Shown piece after piece: positions 58,736-64,000 of a stretch of DNA of 64,000 nt. The position numbers were made by a program, and so were the translations under genes. The notes under the pieces were generated by a model, which was not told where the DNA came from, made no database searches, and saw only the letters and a list, made by a program, of their open reading frames with translations. The stretch's first letter is position 1; every line of letters starts with the position of its first letter. Location: assembly GCA_963653505.1 (NCBI GenBank), contig CAVJWL010000001.1, forward strand, positions 53,557 to 117,556, given 5' to 3'. The DNA comes from an uncultured Prevotellaceae bacterium (lineage in GTDB: Bacteria > Bacillota_I > Bacilli_A > RFN20 > CAG-288).

Positions 58736-59986
58736 TTAGAGACCTAAAACACGAACAGTATCAAGAGCGATCATAAGTTCTTCATCAGTTGGGATGACAA
58801 CGACTGGAATCTTACTATCACTTGTTGAGATGATACCTTCTTTACCGCGGGTCTCAGCATTCAATTTTTCATCGATTTTGACACCTAAGGCTTCTTTGAC
58901 ATAATTGAAAGCTAATTCACGATAGATAGGTGCATTTTCAAAGACACCAGCAGAGCAGACAATCATATCGACATGTCCTAATTTTCCATAGTACATCATG
59001 ATGTAATCAGCAATCTTAGAAGCGTATAAATCCATTGCTAATTTTGCTTTTTCATTACCTTCTAAAGCAGCTGCTTCGACATCTCTTGTATCATTGGAAA
59101 TTCCAGAAACACCTAAGATACCGGATTTATGATTGTAAACATCATAAACTTCATCAGCGCTTAAACCAGTTCTCTTGCAAAGATATGGCATACAAGAAGG
59201 ATCGATATCACCAGTTCTTGATCCCATCATAACACCAGCTAATGGAGTGAGACCCATACTTGTGGCGATACATTTGCCATCTTTGACAGCAGCAAGAGAT
59301 GCACCGCTACCGATGTGGCAAGTGATGATGTTGACATGTTCTTGATTTGGAAAATATTTTTCTTTTGCGACGATAGATAAATATTTGTGAGAGGTACCAT
59401 GAGCACCATATCTTCTGACACCATATTTTTCATACCATTCATATGGAATTGCATACATGTATTCAACTGGTTCCATAGTTTGATGGAAGGCGGTATCAAA
59501 AACTGCAACTTCACCGACATTTGGAAGGGCGTTTTTAAATGCGTGATAGCAAGTTAAATGTGCTTCAGCATGAAGTGGATCGAGTGGAATCAAAGAAGCG
59601 ATTTTTTCTTCAGTATCAGCATCGAAGACATGAGAATCAGAAAAATAACTTCCACCTTGAACGACTCTATTTCCGATACCTTTGATTTCATCTAAGGATT
59701 TGACAATTCCTTCAGAGATGAGACCATTTAAAACAAGATTGACGGCTTCTTGATGATCTTTGACAGGTAAGACTTGAGAATTTTTATATCCACCAGGTTT
59801 TTTGATGGTGAAAATACCATCTTCATGACCAATTCTTTCGACAATACCAGAAGTCAATACTTCCATGTATTTTGATTTTTCTGCGACAGTTTTTTGCTTT
59901 AATGCTTCATCTTGAATGCTGTATAATTTGAATTTTAAAGAGGATGAACCAGCATTAACGCACATGATTTTCATTTCGTTAGACAT
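58736..59986 (-). CDS. ackA: Acetate kinase
   Basis: Start chosen at the ATG with AAGGAG 7 nt upstream (MSNEMKIMCVNAGSSSLKF); the track start at 60022 is TTG. It lies only 23 nt upstream of the next minus-strand gene. Confidence 0.9.
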   Translation of the reverse strand: MSNEMKIMCVNAGSSSLKFKLYSIQDEALKQKTVAEKSKYMEVLTSGIVERIGHEDGIFTIKKPGGYKNSQVLPVKDHQEAVNLVLNGLISEGIVKSLDEIKGIGNRVVQGGSYFSDSHVFDADTEEKIASLIPLDPLHAEAHLTCYHAFKNALPNVGEVAVFDTAFHQTMEPVEYMYAIPYEWYEKYGVRRYGAHGTSHKYLSIVAKEKYFPNQEHVNIITCHIGSGASLAAVKDGKCIATSMGLTPLAGVMMGSRTGDIDPSCMPYLCKRTGLSADEVYDVYNHKSGILGVSGISNDTRDVEAAALEGNEKAKLAMDLYASKIADYIMMYYGKLGHVDMIVCSAGVFENAPIYRELAFNYVKEALGVKIDEKLNAETRGKEGIISTSDSKIPVVVIPTDEELMIALDTVRVLGL

Positions 59987-60127
59987 ATATAGCTCCTTGT
60001 TAAACATATATATTTTAGTCAATATTTTTATAATTACAACTTTATAAAATATAAAATGAGTGAAATTTGCTTATTTTCAACCAAATTTATTTAGATTGAA
60101 TAAATTAAATTTAAAAATATTTTTCAT

Positions 60128-60143
60128 ATGATATAATACTAAC
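60128..60143 (+). promoter_or_regulatory. Candidate extended -10 promoter for glgB
   Basis: ATGATATAAT (TGnTATAAT), about 20 nt upstream of the GGAGG Shine-Dalgarno sequence. Confidence 0.3.
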
Positions 60144-60161
60144 TAGATTGTGGAGGCAATT

Positions 60162-62060
60162 ATGGACACGTCATTTTTCGACAAATACCTTAACGGACAA
60201 CTTCCTGATGCTTACAAGTACTTTGGTGCTCATAAGATGACACTCAACGGAAAAGATGGGTATTTTTTTAGAGTTTATGCACCGATGGCAAAATCTGTAT
60301 CTGTCATTGGCGATTTTAACAATTGGGATCCGATGAAAGGAAGGATGAGCAAAGTTCATTTCTACGGATTATATGAGATTTTTATCGCAGATGCAAAAGA
60401 AAATCAAAAATACAAATTTCACATCGAAGGATGTGATGGATTCACAAAAGATAAGATGGATCCATTTGCTTTTAAAGATGAGAATTCAGGTGAATCTTGC
60501 TCAATTATCAAAGATATTTCGAATATCAAAATCGATGATGCTGATTTTGTAAAAACAAGAGATAGAAATTTTGATAAACCAGTTTCAATTTACGAATTCC
60601 ATTTTGGAACTTGGAAAAGAAAAGAAGATGGAAGCATGTACAACTATTCAGAAATTGCTGATATCATGATTCCATATTTGAAGGATATGGGTTATACCCA
60701 TGTAGAATTTTTACCAGTGCTTGCTTATCCTAATGATAAAAGTTGGGGTTATCAAGCTCTTGGATATTATGCAATTGATTCTCGTTGGGGTGATTCATCT
60801 GATTTTGCTCAGTTTGTTGAAAAAATGCACAAAGCTAATATCGGTGTCATTATGGACTTCGTTCCTGTTCATTTTGCAATTGATCCATTCGGACTTGAAA
60901 AATTTGATGGTTCTTGTGTTTATGAATATGCAAACGAACATGAATTCACTGAATGGGGAACTAAATCCTTTGATTTAGGTAAAGATACTGTCAGAAGCTT
61001 TTTGATTTCTTCAGTTATGTATTTTGGCGAAGTATTCCATATCGATGGCTTCAGATTTGATGCAGTTTCTAATATCATCTATTGGGATGGAAATGCTGAT
61101 AAAGGCGTCAATGAAAATGCAGTTGAATTCATCAAGCGTTGCAATGGGTATGTCCATGCCCTCCTTCCAAACGTTATGATGATTGCTGAAGATTCATCGG
61201 CCTATGGTCATGTCACTAAAGGAATGTTCCAAGAAGGTTTAGGATTTGATTTCAAATGGGATTTAGGATGGATGAATGATACTTTGAAATATTATTCTAA
61301 AGATCCTATTTATAAAAAATATTGTCATAATCAATTGACCTTCTCTATGGCATATTTTTATAGCGAAAACTTTGTCTTACCATTATCACATGATGAAGTT
61401 GTTCATATGAAGGGATCAATTTTAAATAAGATGTGGGGAAATTATGATAACAAATTCGCACTTGTCAGAAATCTCTATGCCTATCAGTTTGCTCATCCTG
61501 GTAAAAAGTTGAACTTCATGGGTAATGAGCTTGGTACTTTTGATGAATGGAAAGAATATGAGCCGATTGCTTTTAATCTTCTTGATTATCCAAAACATCA
61601 AGGTGTTCAAAAACTTGTCAAAGATTTGAATCACATCTATACCAAATATAAATGCATGTATCAAAAAGAATATGATCCATCGACATTCTCTTGGGTTATG
61701 GCCGATAATGCTGAACAATCAGTTTACACTTTCTATAGAGAATCAGAAACTGAATGCATTGTCTTCATGTTCAACATGACTCCAAACTTCTATTGGGATT
61801 ATGATATCGGAGTTCCATATGAGGGAACTTATGAAGAAATCTTGAATACTGATAAAGCTTGTTATGGTGGGTGGAATCAATTCAATTCGACACCACTTGT
61901 AACTTCTGGTGCTGGTTGTCACAATCAAAAATTCAAATTGACAGTCAAATTACCAAGCTTCGGGGCCTTATATCTTTTGTTCAAAAAGCCTAATAAAGAG
62001 GAAGAAAAGCTTCCATATCTTGCAAAAGATCCCGATAAAATGTATATTTCTAAGGCGTAG
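60162..62060 (+). CDS. glgB: 1,4-alpha-glucan (glycogen) branching enzyme (GH13)
   Basis: ATG at 60162 after GGAGG; the track start at 60150 is GTG. Catalytic region HIDGFRFDAVSN and MIAEDSS. Confidence 0.92.
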   Translation: MDTSFFDKYLNGQLPDAYKYFGAHKMTLNGKDGYFFRVYAPMAKSVSVIGDFNNWDPMKGRMSKVHFYGLYEIFIADAKENQKYKFHIEGCDGFTKDKMDPFAFKDENSGESCSIIKDISNIKIDDADFVKTRDRNFDKPVSIYEFHFGTWKRKEDGSMYNYSEIADIMIPYLKDMGYTHVEFLPVLAYPNDKSWGYQALGYYAIDSRWGDSSDFAQFVEKMHKANIGVIMDFVPVHFAIDPFGLEKFDGSCVYEYANEHEFTEWGTKSFDLGKDTVRSFLISSVMYFGEVFHIDGFRFDAVSNIIYWDGNADKGVNENAVEFIKRCNGYVHALLPNVMMIAEDSSAYGHVTKGMFQEGLGFDFKWDLGWMNDTLKYYSKDPIYKKYCHNQLTFSMAYFYSENFVLPLSHDEVVHMKGSILNKMWGNYDNKFALVRNLYAYQFAHPGKKLNFMGNELGTFDEWKEYEPIAFNLLDYPKHQGVQKLVKDLNHIYTKYKCMYQKEYDPSTFSWVMADNAEQSVYTFYRESETECIVFMFNMTPNFYWDYDIGVPYEGTYEEILNTDKACYGGWNQFNSTPLVTSGAGCHNQKFKLTVKLPSFGALYLLFKKPNKEEEKLPYLAKDPDKMYISKA

Positions 62061-62103
62061 TGTTTGTTAAAAACATTAAGAATTTAATGAGGATAATTAA
62101 AAA

Positions 62104-64000
62104 ATGATAGAAATTAAACCAGGAAAAGAATTCCGTGAGTATTTTAAAAATGACTTCACAAACCGTTGTATTGAAAAGTACGGTAGAGCTCCAAGTGAAC
62201 TTGGAACCATTCCGCTTTATGATATCTTAGGTACAATCGTTCGTGATTATGCTAATATCGATGCAAATATTTGCAAACAAGAAGTCAAAGCCAACCAAAA
62301 CAAACAATTGATTTATTTTTCAATGGAGTTTTTAATGGGAAAACTTCTTTCTGCTTATTTGTTCAACCTTCAAATTCTCGATGACGTCAAAGAGACCTTA
62401 TCAGAACTTGGAATCGATTATGATGAACTTGCAAAAGAAGAACCAGATGCAGGACTTGGAAATGGTGGTTTAGGAAGACTTGCTGCTTGTTTCATGGATT
62501 CAACTGCTTCTTTATCTCTTCCAGTTCACGGAAATACTATCCGTTATGAATACGGATTCTTCCGTCAAAAGATCAGAAATGGCAAACAAGAAGAATATCC
62601 AGATACATGGCTTACCAAAGGATATCCATGGGAAATCAGAAAACCAGGTGAAGCAATCACTATCAAGTTCTACGGAAATCCAGAAACTTATAAAGATGAA
62701 AATGGTGATATTCATTGGAGAACTGCCAATGCTTATTCTGTTTTAGCAATTCCATATGATGTCCCGATCATCGGTTATGGAAATCACATCACCAACACCC
62801 TACGTTTGTGGTATGCAGAACCAAGTTCTGACACTCTCCCACCAGCTGTTGATTTCACTCATTATTTAACCTTTATCCGTGATATCACCCACGGTCTTTA
62901 TCCAGATGATTCAACTGAAGAAGGAAAGCTTTTAAGACTCAGACAACAATATTTCTTAGTTTCAGCTGGTATGCAACAAGCATGCAAGAATGAATTGAGA
63001 GATTTCGGAACTCTTGATCATTTATATGATCACTACAATTTCCAATTGAATGATACCCATCCTATCATGTCAATTCCTGAATTGATGAGAATTTTGATGG
63101 ATGAGAACAATTATGGTTGGGATGAAGCTTTTGAAATTGTCTCTAAGTGCTTTGCCTTTACAAATCACACTGTTATGCCAGAAGCTCTTGAAAAATGGCC
63201 ATGCAGATATATCGCCAGTGTTGCACCACGTGTTTATATGATCATCGAAGAAATCAACCGCAGAATGCTTGTCAGAATGCGTGAACTCAAAAATCCAATG
63301 CATGAACACAACATTCAAAACTGCTTGATCATCAAAGATGGCAATGTCAATATGTGTCAACTTGCAATCCATGTCGCATATAGCGTCAATGGTGTTGCTA
63401 ATTTGCACTCTGAAATTTTAAAGGCCATGACTTTTAAAGACCTTTATAATTTATATCCAGAGAAATTCAACAATAAGACAAATGGTATTTCTCATAGACG
63501 TTTCTTATGCGTTGCTAATCCAAATCTTACCAATTACATCACTTCTTTAATCGGTGATGATTTCATCAGAGAACCATCTAAGTTAGCTGATTTACTGAAA
63601 TACGATACTGATGATAATACTGCTGTATTTGATAAATTGAACGATATCAAGTATGAAAATAAGAAAGCACTTGTGAAATTAGTCAAGGAAAATGCAGGAA
63701 TTGATTTACCACTTGACGCTATTTATGATGTTCAAATCAAGAGATTACACGCATATAAGAGACAATTGCTCAATGTCTTCAGAATCATTCACCTCTATCA
63801 AAGAATGAAAGAAGATAAGAACTTCAGAATCTATCCACATGTTTATATTTTCGGTGCTAAAGCTGCTCCAAGTTATACCTATGCTAAGAAGATCATCGAA
63901 CTCATTTTAGCTGTTTCTAAAGTCATTGAAGAAGATGAAGAAATCAAGAAATATATGAGAGTTGTTTTCATCGAAAATTACGATGTCTCCAAAGCTCAGG
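62104..64000 (+). CDS. glgP: Glycogen/maltodextrin phosphorylase (GT35), 3'-truncated by the window end
   Basis: Open frame to the window end. Signature EPDAGLGNGGLGRLAACFMDS and the PLP-site region. Confidence 0.92.
   Translation, partial: MIEIKPGKEFREYFKNDFTNRCIEKYGRAPSELGTIPLYDILGTIVRDYANIDANICKQEVKANQNKQLIYFSMEFLMGKLLSAYLFNLQILDDVKETLSELGIDYDELAKEEPDAGLGNGGLGRLAACFMDSTASLSLPVHGNTIRYEYGFFRQKIRNGKQEEYPDTWLTKGYPWEIRKPGEAITIKFYGNPETYKDENGDIHWRTANAYSVLAIPYDVPIIGYGNHITNTLRLWYAEPSSDTLPPAVDFTHYLTFIRDITHGLYPDDSTEEGKLLRLRQQYFLVSAGMQQACKNELRDFGTLDHLYDHYNFQLNDTHPIMSIPELMRILMDENNYGWDEAFEIVSKCFAFTNHTVMPEALEKWPCRYIASVAPRVYMIIEEINRRMLVRMRELKNPMHEHNIQNCLIIKDGNVNMCQLAIHVAYSVNGVANLHSEILKAMTFKDLYNLYPEKFNNKTNGISHRRFLCVANPNLTNYITSLIGDDFIREPSKLADLLKYDTDDNTAVFDKLNDIKYENKKALVKLVKENAGIDLPLDAIYDVQIKRLHAYKRQLLNVFRIIHLYQRMKEDKNFRIYPHVYIFGAKAAPSYTYAKKIIELILAVSKVIEEDEEIKKYMRVVFIENYDVSKAQ

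Noticed and set aside
1-64000. Mobile elements, prophage, rRNA/tRNA genes, CRISPR-cas
   Set aside because: No transposase-, integrase- or recombinase-like ORF was seen. No terminal inverted repeats flank any block. No tRNA cloverleaf candidates appear in intergenic regions, and there are no regularly spaced repeats. The window looks like stable chromosomal backbone with accessory surface genes.

Overview
The window is a 64 kb low-GC (roughly one-third GC) chromosomal segment of a streamlined Bacillota/Mycoplasmatota-like bacterium (Erysipelotrichia- or Acholeplasma-like; the lineage call is inference). It uses the standard genetic code: TGA is a stop, and ATGA stop/start overlaps occur in several places.

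Conserved Bacillota core blocks, packed tightly:
- tig-lon-engB, with no clpX between tig and lon
- a T-box leader followed by valS
- radC
- rplU-prp-rpmA-obg
- ruvA-ruvB-secDF-recJ
- divIB-ftsA-ftsZ, then pheS-pheT with no leader
- a glycerol block: glpA-like FAD oxidoreductase, a second FAD/NAD oxidoreductase, DUF1667 and glpK
- carbohydrate genes: a 5'-truncated GH3 glycosidase, malQ, ackA, glgB and a 3'-truncated glgP

Accessory-looking content:
- several S/T-rich or beta-helix lipoproteins and a BspA-type LRR lipoprotein
- a pair of thioredoxin-fold CxxC lipoproteins apparently co-transcribed with ackA
- a stand-alone GGDEF diguanylate cyclase
- a four-gene operon: flavin reductase-like, NmrA-like, DUF1295/ICMT-like membrane enzyme and a membrane protein
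- an FtsX-type ABC exporter followed by two tandem YfcE phosphoesterases, flanked by a DUF368 gene and a DedA gene (both families are known undecaprenyl-phosphate flippases)
- a 60-aa double-glycine-leader peptide translationally coupled to radC

I found no rRNA, tRNA, CRISPR array, transposase or integrase. Many Rho-independent terminators can be read directly from the sequence. The six-frame track uses TTG/GTG as possible starts, and several N-termini were trimmed to the ATG that has a Shine-Dalgarno sequence.
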